Positions 47,615-58,516 of a stretch of 64,000 nt of DNA are shown in pieces. The translations under genes were made by a program, and so were the position numbers. Source of the stretch: Blepharisma stoltei ATCC 30299 (lineage: Eukaryota; Protista; Ciliophora); assembly GCA_965603825.1 (NCBI GenBank), contig CBFDEM010000002.1, forward strand, positions 310,001 to 374,000. The letters run 5' to 3'. Under the pieces are notes generated by a model that made no database searches, was not told where the DNA came from, and saw nothing but the letters and a program-made list of their open reading frames with translations. The stretch's first letter is position 1. Each line of letters begins with the position of its first letter.

Positions 47615-48518
47615 ATGGAAAATAAAGAGAGCACCTCACATTATTATTTAGTACTCGAAGCAGATTCAACAAAAGACACACCAGGGCATGTTGATTTCAG
47701 CAACTTAGTTGAAGTTTTCGAAGTATTTTTTAAACAGTTTGATGACGCAAAAAACATTAGTCCTTATAAAGAAAACGTTTCAAGAGCTAAAATGATGGTT
47801 GATGAGCTTGAAGCGGTGGCTAAAGAAGTAATAATTTCTATAGATGTTCGAAAGAAACACTCAAATTGATGGAAAGTACAAAATCTCTTCCAACTGCTAT
47901 ACAGGCAAAGTAGAGAATAACCAACTTGCATGATTTCAAATAGAAAAGTCAAAAGAAGAGAGAAAAACCAAAAAAGTGGTAAGAATGCTTATTAAAGAAA
48001 TCCCAGTATTACTTCGGAACAAGTTGAGCAGCAAAAGCTCAGCTCGATCGAGGTTCGAAGCACCAAGACAAAGTCCTCCATCAGCAAGGTATTCTGCGAA
48101 TCCTCAAAAAATGCAAAGATCAAGCACAAAAATGCTCTCGAATCAGTCTAAATTTTTAGTTCCACCAATTACTCTTCACAATATAACTGGCTCAAGATCT
48201 AAATCTCCGTTGGTTAGCAAGCTGATATCACAGTATCTTGCTAAAAACCCACGAGCTATGACGCCAGCAGAAACAAACTTTTCAAGGGCTGAAATAAACT
48301 CTTCAAGGACTGAAATTAACTCTTCTAGGGCTGAGGGAAACTCTTTAAGGACTGAAGGGAACTCATCAAGAGACCATTCTCCTCTTTTGTCGTCAAGAAT
48401 GCCAAGGAATATTCCTATTCCAACGATCTCTAAAGCACACTCAAACCCTCGTTTCAAGTTTATTAGAGATGCATATAAAATTTTTCCTAGACACATTAAT
48501 TTAGTGACTAACTGTTAG
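47615..48518 (+). CDS. Hypothetical protein with Ser/Arg-rich tail and 7-aa repeats
   Basis: A 16-nt intron at 47828-47843 joins ORF 47615 to the frame of ORF 47976 with no stop other than one TGA. TAG stop. Confidence 0.75.
47828..47843 (+). other. 16-nt intron GTAATAATTTCTATAG
   Basis: GT-AG. Removal gives exactly the frame change needed to link the two ORFs. Confidence 0.85.
48276..48371 (+). repeat. 21-nt coding tandem repeat (~4.5 copies; NSSR[AT]E[IG])
   Basis: aactcttcaaggactgaaatt-like units, translated NFSRAEI NSSRTEI NSSRAEG NSLRTEG NSSR. Confidence 0.85.
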
Positions 48519-48523
48519 TTTGC

Positions 48524-49603
48524 TTAATAAACGTAATTGCTCACGTATAAGCTTTGGCTGGCTCCTTCTCCACCTGCTCCACCTTGATACTGTCCAAGAG
48601 TTGCTTGTGAGTTAGCCTGGGCTCTTGCAATAAATGCAGCTTGTCCAGCTTGAACGTTCTCATGTTTCCCTTGCCAAGCCTTTAAACAAGAAGCTTGTAA
48701 GGCTCTTCCGAATGAAAAGCTCAAGGTCCAAGGTCTTTTTACGTCAGGGAGTGCGTTAATGGCATTCAATTCCAATGAAGCTTCCTCTTCACTTTGTCCT
48801 CCAGATAAGAACATGACTCCAGGTACAGCTGCTGGTAAGGTTCTTGATAAAACTTGAATAGTTCTCCATGCAACATCTCCAGCGCTGACTTTTTCAGCTG
48901 ATGAAATGCCTGGGGTGATCATATTTGGCTTAAATAGCATACCTTCAAACAAAATTCCATGGATATGAAGTGCGTTCATCACAGCTGCAAAAACTCTTTG
49001 GCTTTTCTCAGCACATTCCTCAATGGTATGGGTGCCGTCTGCAAGCACTTCTGGCTCCACAATTGGGACAAGTCCGTTAGCTTGAGAAATTGCGGCATAT
49101 CTAGCAAGAGTATGGGCGTTCTCTTCAATGGCTCTTTCAGAAGGAGTGTTTGGGCCGATCTTTAAGACTGCTCTCCATTTTGAAAATCTGCAGCCTTTTT
49201 CATAGTAAGTTTTGCATCTTTCAGCAAGACCGTCGAGGCCTTGGGTGGCTGTTTCTCCGTCAGTGCCTGGGATGATGACAGTCCCTTTGTCGACTTTGAT
49301 GCCAGGGACAATGCCTTCTCTTTGCAAGACAACTTGTAAGGAAGTGCCGTCTTCAAGCTTATTATCAAGGGTTTCCTCGTATTGGATGACTCCACTGATG
49401 TATTGGCCAATGCCAGGGGTTGTGAACAAGAGAGATCTGTAAGCTTGGCGATTCTCGTAGTTGTTTTCTACGTTGATCTTGGAAAAGCGCTGACCAATTG
49501 TCCCGGTTGACTCATCAGCAGCCAAAATTCCTTTGCCTGGGGTAGCAATTCTTCTAGCTGTTTCAATGAGCTCTTGAGTGAATGGATTGGTACGGTGGGC
49601 CAT
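48524..49603 (-). CDS. FBA: Fructose-bisphosphate aldolase, class I
   Basis: [37 protein letters not shown] (Schiff-base Lys), [12 protein letters not shown]-terminal Y. Confidence 0.99.
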   Translation of the reverse strand: MAHRTNPFTQELIETARRIATPGKGILAADESTGTIGQRFSKINVENNYENRQAYRSLLFTTPGIGQYISGVIQYEETLDNKLEDGTSLQVVLQREGIVPGIKVDKGTVIIPGTDGETATQGLDGLAERCKTYYEKGCRFSKWRAVLKIGPNTPSERAIEENAHTLARYAAISQANGLVPIVEPEVLADGTHTIEECAEKSQRVFAAVMNALHIHGILFEGMLFKPNMITPGISSAEKVSAGDVAWRTIQVLSRTLPAAVPGVMFLSGGQSEEEASLELNAINALPDVKRPWTLSFSFGRALQASCLKAWQGKHENVQAGQAAFIARAQANSQATLGQYQGGAGGEGASQSLYVSNYVY

Positions 49604-50124
49604 TTAATTATTATACACCATTTATAGATGGCCTAATAGAATTTTCTGAATCAATTAAAGCTTGGATCAAATTTATTAGAAGGATGGATAGGAATGGATA
49701 TTGGAATAATATGAGCTGGGGAAATCCAGGAAATATGCATCATCCGATTTTTGAGTAAAAGTGAGGGGAATTTGTATAAATTAAAAAATATTAAGTCAGT
49801 AAATAATACTTAGAAAAATAAGATTGAAGAAGATATGCATAGCAATTACAATAAAGCGGCTTATCTATTAATCTAAAATGAATTCTATCTGGATTATATA
49901 TAGCTATTTTTGTAGTAAACTTTAAAGATATTAAGCTTGGAATACTTTATTTTTGTTAATATTTTATTATTCTCTCTTAAAAATATATTCCAAAAATTTA
50001 AGTGACTATTTCTTATTATATATCTAAATATAATTTTATTTTTAAGCATCATTGATCATTTCTTCCTCTAGCTGATATATCCTATAAGTAATGGCATATT
50101 AACATATATTATCTGACTCAGAAA

Positions 50125-50637
50125 ATGACCGAAGATTGGGAATTTACCACGACTGCTAGTTCTCCAGACTACTGCTTTGACGATAAATCCACTGAAAACA
50201 ACAAAACTCAAGTTTGTCTCAACATTTTACCCCGCAAAGTCTCAAAAAAAGCTATAGAAGCAAAAGAGCAAAAAATCGCTCAGTTAAAAAAAGAAATTAC
50301 ATTCCTAAGAACAGATAACGAAAGGCTAAAAGCTGAAAACCAAGCTATAAAACAAAGTATTGATACTTTCAGAGAAAATCTTTTCAAAGAAAGAGAACGA
50401 AATAAGATGAAAGGAAATTCAAATTTGTCACTATATACTATGTCGCTTGGCCTTATAATTGCCTGTACGTTGCATTTTAATTCAGCGTCTGATTCTTCTT
50501 CAGGGACATCAAGGAAGCTGCTATTTTATGAAAAGGCAACTTATAACTTGCCAATGTATGCTTTGATCATTCTTGTGTTTGCACTTATTTGGCAAACTTT
50601 TCTCAAGGTGAGAAAGCCGATTTATAAATTGCCTTAG
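50125..50637 (+). CDS. Membrane-anchored leucine-zipper (bZIP-like) protein
   Basis: Zipper IAQLKKEITFLRTDNERLKAENQAIK, TM helix, short loop with SRKLL, second TM helix. Confidence 0.7.
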   Translation: MTEDWEFTTTASSPDYCFDDKSTENNKTQVCLNILPRKVSKKAIEAKEQKIAQLKKEITFLRTDNERLKAENQAIKQSIDTFRENLFKERERNKMKGNSNLSLYTMSLGLIIACTLHFNSASDSSSGTSRKLLFYEKATYNLPMYALIILVFALIWQTFLKVRKPIYKLP

Positions 50638-50682
50638 AATTTACTAAAAGGCTGTGCTAATAACATAAGTTAATATTTTATT

Positions 50683-51657
50683 ATGGATAATTTTACAAAT
50701 TTTGACTCGGCAACTGCATTAGCTATAGAGAGTGAAAGAATAAATGCACATCTAGAATTTGAAAATTTGAAAGTAGAAAGCCACCAAGGCAACGATTTTG
50801 AGATTTCGCCATGATTTGGAGGAGTTTATGATCAATTCCAAAGAATAAAACTCAAAGATGCGACTCAAAGCATCCCAAAAGATAGTATTGCAAATACCAA
50901 TTCTCCAGCTGAACTAAATAAAACTGAAAGGAAAATTCACAGCCGAACTGGCTCTATTTCTCAAGCTACTAAACGAAACAAAAAATTATCGCCGATATCT
51001 TTGAATCTGAAAAGAGAATATTTAAATAAATCGAAAACAAATGACAGAATAAGAATTTATCAAGGCTTAGACGAGAGAAAAATAATGAAAACTGAGAGCA
51101 ATTATATAGATTATCCGTCGATGCTTATTTCTGCTGACTCTATATCAACAGAGCACAGTTCAAGCACAAAAAAAGCTAAGTTTCAGCCACAGTTTAATCG
51201 ATCTTCACAGGTCTCTTTAACGCAAAAGTATGTAGATTTGCCAAGAGTCAATTCTTTTACTTATTTAAATTCTTATCACCAGGGATCATCTGTGGATCGT
51301 AATCTTCAATCTCAATATAGCAAAACGAGAGGAAAAGCACTATGAGTTAGTGATTTGTTAAAGATCTTATCCAAAGAAGCAGAGAAGCAAATACATAGCT
51401 CGCCAAGTAAATCTGAAATTGTGATAGACCAATTTATTAAATCTGACAAAATTTCCTTGACAAAACCCTCAACCCCCAAAAAGAAAAGAATGCCAGAAAA
51501 AAATAATGAAGAATCAAACAAAACTAAGGTGCTTTACAAACAAAACCTTGTGCTAAACTTGCAAGAACCCAAGAAATTTCTTAAACCAGAGAGTGAAACT
51601 TGGGTTCTACCTACAATTAGAGCCAAATTATCAAAAATGCAGAGAATGCATACATAA
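50683..51657 (+). CDS. Hypothetical Ser/Lys-rich protein (324 aa)
   Basis: ATG 50683, one frame through two TGA to TAA 51655. Confidence 0.7.
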
Positions 51658-51753
51658 TTTGACTATGCTTAATTAATCAGCCTTAAATAGCTTTATTTCA
51701 ATAATTACTCGCTATCATTATTAAGTCATGCTTAAATAACTATTCTATTTTAG

Positions 51754-52146
51754 TTAAAAGAAGTATCCCAGAAGTTTTCCTCCAGTGTGTCTTTTACGAG
51801 CTTCTTCATGGTCCAAAATTCCGAAAGTTGTGGTCAAAACCACATATCCGAATTGTCTTGAAGGGAGTAAATCTGTAGCCACTTGCTCAATATCGGTCAA
51901 AGCAATGTCAAAACGAGGAGAAATGACTCCACATTTGTTAAGTCTCCCAACAAGGTCAACAACAATTTTGCCTGATCTGTGGTCATCTATGACTTCGAAC
52001 TCTCCAATGTAGCCATGCTTCTGCATCAAGCGCAGGAATCTAATAACAACTTTTGAAGATGGTCTAATAAGAACTTGTCTTTTTCCTCGCTTTTCTGCGT
52101 TAATTATGCTCTTCAAACAGTCTGCAAGAACATTCATGCGCACCAT
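51754..52146 (-). CDS. RPS15A: 40S ribosomal protein S15a (uS8)
   Basis: [33 protein letters not shown]...GGKLLGYFF. Confidence 0.99.
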   Translation of the reverse strand: MVRMNVLADCLKSIINAEKRGKRQVLIRPSSKVVIRFLRLMQKHGYIGEFEVIDDHRSGKIVVDLVGRLNKCGVISPRFDIALTDIEQVATDLLPSRQFGYVVLTTTFGILDHEEARKRHTGGKLLGYFF

Positions 52147-52170
52147 TTGATTTTTATAATAATTAAGAAT

Positions 52171-53481
52171 TTACATTGCTTTATAATTAGCTTTACTAAT
52201 AGATTTTGGAATTGGGTCTGCAGGATTTTCAACTTTTTTGGTGATTTCTGGAGAGTTTTGAATTTCGCTATCTGATTTCATTAATTCGTCGAATTCTGTA
52301 TCACTTTTTTGGTAATTAGCTTTACTAATAGATTTTGGACTTGAGTCTGCAGGATTTTCTACTTTTTTGGTGATTTCTAATGCTGGAGCGTTTTGAATTT
52401 CGCTATCTGATTTCATTAATTCATCGAATTCTTGATCACTTTTTTTGGCTTCTATTTCTTCCTCTTGTTCTTGTTCTTGTTGCTCTTGCTCTACTTCTTC
52501 TTCTCCTTCTTCATAAGGAATATTTTCGATTTCCTCATCACTTTCTTGCTTAATTGTTGAGCTTGTTTTGGGTTTTTGGATTTCAGTTTCACTTTCTGAG
52601 CTAGATTCCTTATAAGTTTCAATATTTTTGAGATTTTTCTGAGATTTATTTGACCCCACTGTTTTTCAAGCTCTGTTTATCAATTTCATATCTTCTTCTG
52701 ACAGATAAGCAGGGCTAATTTTAATATCTTTCCTATTTGCGATTTTTAAATTTTTCTTACTTGCTTGTCTTGACTTCGACATTCTCTGCTTTTGGATAGC
52801 TGCATTTAGCTCTTTTCTCGCATTTATCGCTAGTGGATGATCATCAGATAAGTTATCCTTGGCAAATTTTTCAGCTTTTTTATAAATTGTTATAGCCTCT
52901 TGCGTCCTTTTAAGGAATTCCAACTCTACTCCCATATTGTGATAGGCAATTGATAACATTGGCGCTTGCTCTTCAAAGTTTTTAGAAGGCGCTTGCAAAG
53001 CACCGATTAACTCATCTTGCAAAATAATCACAGCTTCCATGGCGTGACTTAATGCTTCCTCGTGCTTCAGCATTTGTGAAAGCACAGCACACATATTAAG
53101 ATGTGTAACAGCAAGATTTTTAGGAATTCCCAAGGCTTTTTGCAGATAGTTTTGAGCTATTCGAAGTTTGCCAGACTGCCGATAATAGCATGCTAGGTTA
53201 TTTAGTGTTTTAACCTTAGCCACTTCATCTTTCCCACACAAAGCTTCAGCTCTCTTTAATAAATCAAGAGCTAAATGAAAATCTTCTCTTTGCAAGTACT
53301 CAGTGGCTAATTGATTGCACATTTCACATAACTGACGATAGCATGCTTTTACCTCCTCACTTTCAAGCCCAAAAACCTCTTTTCTTATTTCTAAGCTTTG
53401 CTCTATCAGCTCTAAGGCTTCTAGACTGCTTCCATTCTTCCTGAGCTCTTGCACTCTTTCATCAATCTTTTCTAAATCCAT
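52171..53481 (-). CDS. TPR-repeat protein with acidic, internally duplicated tail
   Basis: TLNNLACYY, THLNMCAVLSQ, IAYHNMGVELEFL TPR motifs. TGA at 52666 joins ORF 52171-52659 in frame. Confidence 0.87.
52180..52443 (-). repeat. Two-copy 135/129-nt tandem duplication in the TPR gene tail
   Basis: KSD[QT]EFDELMKSDSEIQN..EITKKVENPAD..PKSISKANY occurs twice. The second copy lacks 6 nt. Confidence 0.92.
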
Positions 53482-53488
53482 TTAATAT

Positions 53489-54058
53489 TTACACAATTGA
53501 TATTTTCTTATTATATGCAATTGGTCTAAACAAGCTCAAAATATAATCATGGAGCTTATTCCCCATGTTCATTTCTGGGTAACTTTCAGGGCTAACAAAT
53601 TCTTGGTTTCGGTTTTCATACGCCCATTCTATGATTTGATGGAGTCCTCCTGTGCATGACAAATCTGATCTTGCGAAGTCTATTTTTTCGACACTGAATT
53701 CTTGAATATTGCACAACAGCTTAATCTTTTCTAATGGCCCTATTGAGATCTCGAACCCATTAATATTGTATTCCACAAACAAAGAAAGTTCTTCAATGAA
53801 GCCTTTTTTCACCTCCATCTTGAGTATCACAAGAACATGATTGTGGACATCTGAGCCTTCTTTTGGCCTTTTAATGCAACGTATATCGCTTGGTCTGTAA
53901 TTATGAATCTTCGTTTTCAAGTCGAAAATGCTGCTTGGGTTCCCTATTGAATGGCTGTAGTCTTTTATTAAAAATTTTTCTGCTTTGAATATGTCAAAGT
54001 TTATAGAGTTTCGGGGCGTTTTGGCCTTAATTGGATCTTTTGCAAAGCATGCTCCCAT
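53489..54058 (-). CDS. Hypothetical protein with MGAC N-terminal lipidation motif
   Basis: 189-aa ORF starting MGACFAK. Confidence 0.75.
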   Translation of the reverse strand: MGACFAKDPIKAKTPRNSINFDIFKAEKFLIKDYSHSIGNPSSIFDLKTKIHNYRPSDIRCIKRPKEGSDVHNHVLVILKMEVKKGFIEELSLFVEYNINGFEISIGPLEKIKLLCNIQEFSVEKIDFARSDLSCTGGLHQIIEWAYENRNQEFVSPESYPEMNMGNKLHDYILSLFRPIAYNKKISIV

Positions 54059-54081
54059 TATGCTATTTTTGTTGTAAAAAT

Positions 54082-55515
54082 ATGGATTCAGAAGGAAAGG
54101 TTTTTGAATATTTTAACTGAGCAAGAGGGGAAGGTGTGAAATGGAATAAGGTTGAGTGATTTTTTAATAATAAAAATGTGACGATAAGAGCAATCACAGA
54201 AATCCAGCCTGGAGATGAGATAATTTTTGTACCAAATTCATGCATGATAAGTAAAGAAATTGCTGTTAGCAGTGAAGTTGGGATAATTTTTACTGAAAAT
54301 AAGCACATATTTGAGAATAATAATGAAGATTCTCAAATCCTGATACTGGTGACTTTCTTAATTTGAGAAAAATTTAAAGAAAAGAACTCGAAACGATATT
54401 ACTATATCAGCTCTCAGCCCAAAACATTTAAGCTAATTCAAGATTGATCTGAAGAAGAGCTAAAAGAGCTTCAAGACTTAGATCTCGTTAAGATGGTAGA
54501 TATTAGTTAGTCAAAACAGAGGACAGTAAGTGAAATGAAAAGTTATTCTCAATGAAACAGAGTTATTAGAAATTATCCTCAACATTTTTCTGCTGGCATG
54601 ACTAAATATAAAATTTTTGACTGGGCGTATAAACTTGTCAAGACTCGGTGCTTTAGAAATCCAGCTGGAGAGCTTGCTCTTATTCCAGTTGCTGAATTGC
54701 TGAATCATGGAAATAATTGTGCTTCATATAATTGATATAAAGAAGAATCAAAATTAAATGATAGACTAATGATATCGCCTTCAAATAATATAAGTGGTTT
54801 AGTGAAGGATTTAGTCGCTATAGAGAGTTTGATGATTGACCAGCAGCCGGCAAATAATAATTATAGTATAATGATAAATACAGATCCAAACAGCCACGTT
54901 GAAACTGGAAAAGAAGTATTTCTATCATATGGGGAATATCCAAACAGGACATTACTGTTGGACTATGGATTTTCTTTGAATGAAAACACCTATGATTATG
55001 CAATAATTAGTATTACAACTGATGATATATCAGAAGGTCTTTTTTTAGAAAGTTTAGCAAATAAAGAAAAATATTCGTTTATTGTCAAGAAAAATGAATT
55101 ATGCAGAGGTAAAACAAATAAATAGAACTGATTTTTTTATTGAAAAGTTTTGATACCCATATATCTAATTTTGAAGGAGAAAGAAATGCTATCAATTTAG
55201 CCTTAAATATTATTCATCGCAAATTGATGGACTTTCCAACTTTAATTGATGAAGATCAGAAAATTTTAAACCATTCTCTTAATTTCAGAAACTTCGCAGC
55301 AGTAATAAGTAAAGAAGGTTAATTATCGAATCCAAATAAAAAAGATTTTACTAGATCAGATAGATATTTTACAAAAAATTTCTACGAGACTAAACGAGCT
55401 TGAAACTCTTACCGAGCTAAAAGAACAAAACTCTGATAGTTTATTAGACACTCAACTTTCATCATATTTAAAAGATATTCACCAGGGATATTATAATTTG
55501 CCTATAAATGAATAA
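54082..55515 (+). CDS. SET-domain lysine methyltransferase (SETD3/Rubisco LSMT type)
   Basis: IRAITEIQPGDEIIFVP, DW(TGA)SEEELKELQ, FDWAYKLVKTRCF, LIPVAELLNH, GKEVFLSYG..NRTLLLDYGF, FPTLIDED, AVNYRIQIKKIL. Three tiny introns and six TGA. Confidence 0.9.
54496..54510 (+). other. 15-nt intron GTAGATATTAGTTAG
   Basis: Removes an in-frame TAG inside the SET domain. A at position 10. Confidence 0.88.
55109..55125 (+). other. 17-nt intron GTAAAACAAATAAATAG
   Basis: Removal gives CRELIFLLKSF and joins ORF 54769 to the frame of ORF 55140. Confidence 0.75.
55302..55317 (+). other. 16-nt intron GTAATAAGTAAAGAAG
   Basis: Removal gives RNFAAVNYRIQIKKIL, the typical end of the LSMT substrate-binding domain. 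Confidence 0.75.
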
Positions 55516-55546
55516 TTCTTATTGATTAATTTTATCTAATTTTAAT

Positions 55547-57034
55547 ATGCAATTTTTTACAGGGGAATTTGTGATCCTTTGCATCTTAATTTTTATCACA
55601 ACAAGGCTTCGTCGAAGATTATCCACAGAAAAGCTGCTAAAAGGTCTCATGATATATATCCCTCCTGATGAGAAGCTAATTCAAAATGCTCAAAAGCATC
55701 CAGAAAAATTCTATCTGAATTGTGTAAGAATCGACGATGAATTTTCAAGAGCTTCTCCTTTTTTCGCAGACGCTGACTTATTAGTGCTCATGGCAACAAT
55801 AGCAGGCACTTTAATTGCTGTATGCAGTATATTTACTGAAGACTTTTATATATCAATGGAACAAAATTTAAGCTTTTACATGTGTTTGCTAGTTGTTTTT
55901 ATAGCAATTAGTGGAGCTTATTCACAAGCAATGGCATCAGGCTTTAAAAACCCAGACAACATGATTGGCTTATTTTTTACTTTATTGATCTTCTTTATGG
56001 GCTCTCTATTAATCTACCTTGATCATCAAGCAGTTTTTGATTTCAATTTTCACTTGACCTTGAAGCTGCTCTCCTTGCAGCTTACAGCAGCTTTTCAAGT
56101 ATTTTGGCCTGCCTCAATAGAAATTGATCAGTTGACTTTCAGTATAACACTGGCAGGTATTTTTGCTATATGCATTTTCCCTTTCTTCAAGTACATTTTT
56201 AGAGCGACAATGAATTACTACTCAACGAGAGAAACTCCTTTTGATGTTAAAGGTGTCAAAGAAAATCGAGTCCAGTACACACTTGTTATCATTTCTCCTC
56301 TAATTGTGATGATTATGTGGATCAAGCCAATGCTGAAAAATCATCTTGTCCCTAATCTCATGTCTGAATGGGGATACGAAATATTCAGAATAGCAGTTGT
56401 CGTCGGAGTTATTTTATTGAGACTATTTAACATCCGAAATGAAGTCCAAGCTTTACTTAATCAATCCAAGCACTTAATATACGGCATCCTTCTCAATCCT
56501 ACCAAAGAAAACGTAGAAACCTCAACTATGCAGGCTAAAGCTTTGGCCACTTATGCGTGGCCATTGGGACATCAGAGCCTCTGCAATATATGTGTCACTT
56601 TATTTGTCTTAATCCTAATGATTTCTCGAGGCTCATTATCAGCACCCTATCCAGTCCCAATTGAGCATAAAAATGAAATAATCAATAAAACCCCTGAATT
56701 TTATGACGAAGAAGAATTCATTATAAAAGATATCCCAGCGTACCCTATTATAACACCTTCAAGAACGACAGTTTATTATAATGAAATTAGACAAATGGAA
56801 AAAGAAATAGCTGATTTAAGGCAAAACAGGACAACTCTTCAAGAAGCGGCCAAGGATGAAAAAAATTTCGTACAAAAGCTGTTAAGCGTCAATAAGAAAG
56901 GACTAGTGCCAGCATTTTTTTATAGAGATTTGTTTGGATTCATTATATGGTGGCAATCAGTGACATGGAGTTTGGCAACAATCATGTCTTTGCTGTATAC
57001 AAGAAGATTTACAAATAAGGCTAAAAAGGAATAA
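55547..57034 (+). CDS. TMEM161: TMEM161-family multi-pass membrane protein
   Basis: GLMIYIPP, MWIKPM, FFYRDLFGFIIWW..SLLY match the TMEM161 pattern. Multiple TM helices. Confidence 0.75.
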   Translation: MQFFTGEFVILCILIFITTRLRRRLSTEKLLKGLMIYIPPDEKLIQNAQKHPEKFYLNCVRIDDEFSRASPFFADADLLVLMATIAGTLIAVCSIFTEDFYISMEQNLSFYMCLLVVFIAISGAYSQAMASGFKNPDNMIGLFFTLLIFFMGSLLIYLDHQAVFDFNFHLTLKLLSLQLTAAFQVFWPASIEIDQLTFSITLAGIFAICIFPFFKYIFRATMNYYSTRETPFDVKGVKENRVQYTLVIISPLIVMIMWIKPMLKNHLVPNLMSEWGYEIFRIAVVVGVILLRLFNIRNEVQALLNQSKHLIYGILLNPTKENVETSTMQAKALATYAWPLGHQSLCNICVTLFVLILMISRGSLSAPYPVPIEHKNEIINKTPEFYDEEEFIIKDIPAYPIITPSRTTVYYNEIRQMEKEIADLRQNRTTLQEAAKDEKNFVQKLLSVNKKGLVPAFFYRDLFGFIIWWQSVTWSLATIMSLLYTRRFTNKAKKE

Positions 57035-57068
57035 TAGGTAATTAACATGGTATCTAAATAATATATAA

Positions 57069-57707
57069 ATGGGTGAAAATACACCTATATACGACGAATC
57101 ACCTCTAGGCGCAATTTTAAGTTCATTTTTAGCTATTTTTCTTTCAGAAATAGGTGATAGAACTTTCTTTATTCTGATTGTTCTGTCAATGACTTACTCT
57201 CCAAGCGCAGTTTTAGTTGGAAATCAAGTTATCATGACGGTAATGATAATAATTTCAGCTTATATAGGCTACGCTGCACAACTTCTGATAGACCAGATCT
57301 ACATAACTATTATATCATCAGCTCTTTTTTTTATATTTGCTGGATTATCTTTTTATGAAGCTTTCAAAAAAGATGATGATTCTGATAGTGATAGTGAAGA
57401 TCTGCATGAAAACCTAATTTCATCACCAAACTGGTTCAAAACGTTTTGGAAAACTATAGTCCTGGCATTCTTTGCAGAATGGGGCGATATATCTCAGCTC
57501 AGCATCATAACTATATCTGCTGTCACAGATCCAATTTTTACGATTATTGGAGCTTTCTTTGGAATTGGATTGTGCAGTGTTTGCTCAGTTCTAATTGGAA
57601 AGTTAACAAATAAGTATATGCCTGAAAAGTATATGAAAATTCTTGCAGGAATAGTTTTTATGATTTTTGGAGGATTAACTATTTTATCTATTTTTTATGA
57701 AATCTAA
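57069..57707 (+). CDS. GDT1: GDT1/TMEM165 (UPF0016) Ca2+/Mn2+ transporter, copy 1
   Basis: SEIGDRTF and AEWGDISQ signature motifs, acidic central loop, 6 TM. Confidence 0.93.
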   Translation: MGENTPIYDESPLGAILSSFLAIFLSEIGDRTFFILIVLSMTYSPSAVLVGNQVIMTVMIIISAYIGYAAQLLIDQIYITIISSALFFIFAGLSFYEAFKKDDDSDSDSEDLHENLISSPNWFKTFWKTIVLAFFAEWGDISQLSIITISAVTDPIFTIIGAFFGIGLCSVCSVLIGKLTNKYMPEKYMKILAGIVFMIFGGLTILSIFYEI

Positions 57708-57877
57708 AAATTATCTCTTTGAGGTATTTCTTGATTTAACTTAAAACATTATGGTAATTTATGATAGCCACTTAAATAATCAATAGAAATTAAAAAAATT
57801 GTTAAATTCATATAATTAAAGACAATCATGGCGATTATTAATTTATTTTAAATTCTGATGAATTAATATACCGCAAA

Positions 57878-58516
57878 ATGTCAGATTGAAATTCAGACTA
57901 CAAAGAATCGCCGATCAGTTCTGTGCTTGGTGCGTTTTTAGCAACTCTTTTATCTGAACTAGGTGATCGAACATTCTTCGTCCTTGTTTTCTTAGCCATG
58001 ACTAGAAGTCCAAGTGCTGTCTTTGTTGGAAATCAACTGGTTATGACTTTTATGATAATATTGGCTGCAAGCATTGGGTATGGTGCTCAGCTTTTTATTG
58101 ACAAAATTTTTATCACAATTACCTCAAGTGTTTTATTTTTCATTTTTGCTGGAGTTTATTTTTGGGAAGCTTTTACGAAATATGAAGTGGAGACAGAAAA
58201 TGAAGAAATCAGAGAAAGTTTGTTGCTAAATCAGCATTCATGATTAGGGACATTTTGGAAAACCATTGCACTTGTGTTTTTTGCTGAGTGAGGGGATAAA
58301 TCTCAATTGAGCACAATCACAATATCAGCTGTCACAAATCCATTTTTTACTATTGTGGGGGCTTTCTTTGGGACTTTAGTAAGTGCTTTATGCGCTGTGA
58401 GCATAGGAAAACTAACAAGAAATTTTTTGCCTGAAAAATGTATGAAAATACTAGCTGGAGCAGTGTTTTTTGGCTTTGGAGTAATTACACTTTTGCTTTT
58501 GATTTATCAAATTTAA
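57878..58516 (+). CDS. GDT1: GDT1/TMEM165 (UPF0016) transporter, copy 2 (tandem paralog)
   Basis: SELGDRTF and AEW(TGA)GDKSQ. Same 639-nt length as copy 1. 3 TGA. Confidence 0.92.

Noticed and set aside
48276-48371. CRISPR-like or mobile repeat
   Set aside because: Head-to-tail 21-nt coding units with no spacers, in a eukaryotic gene.
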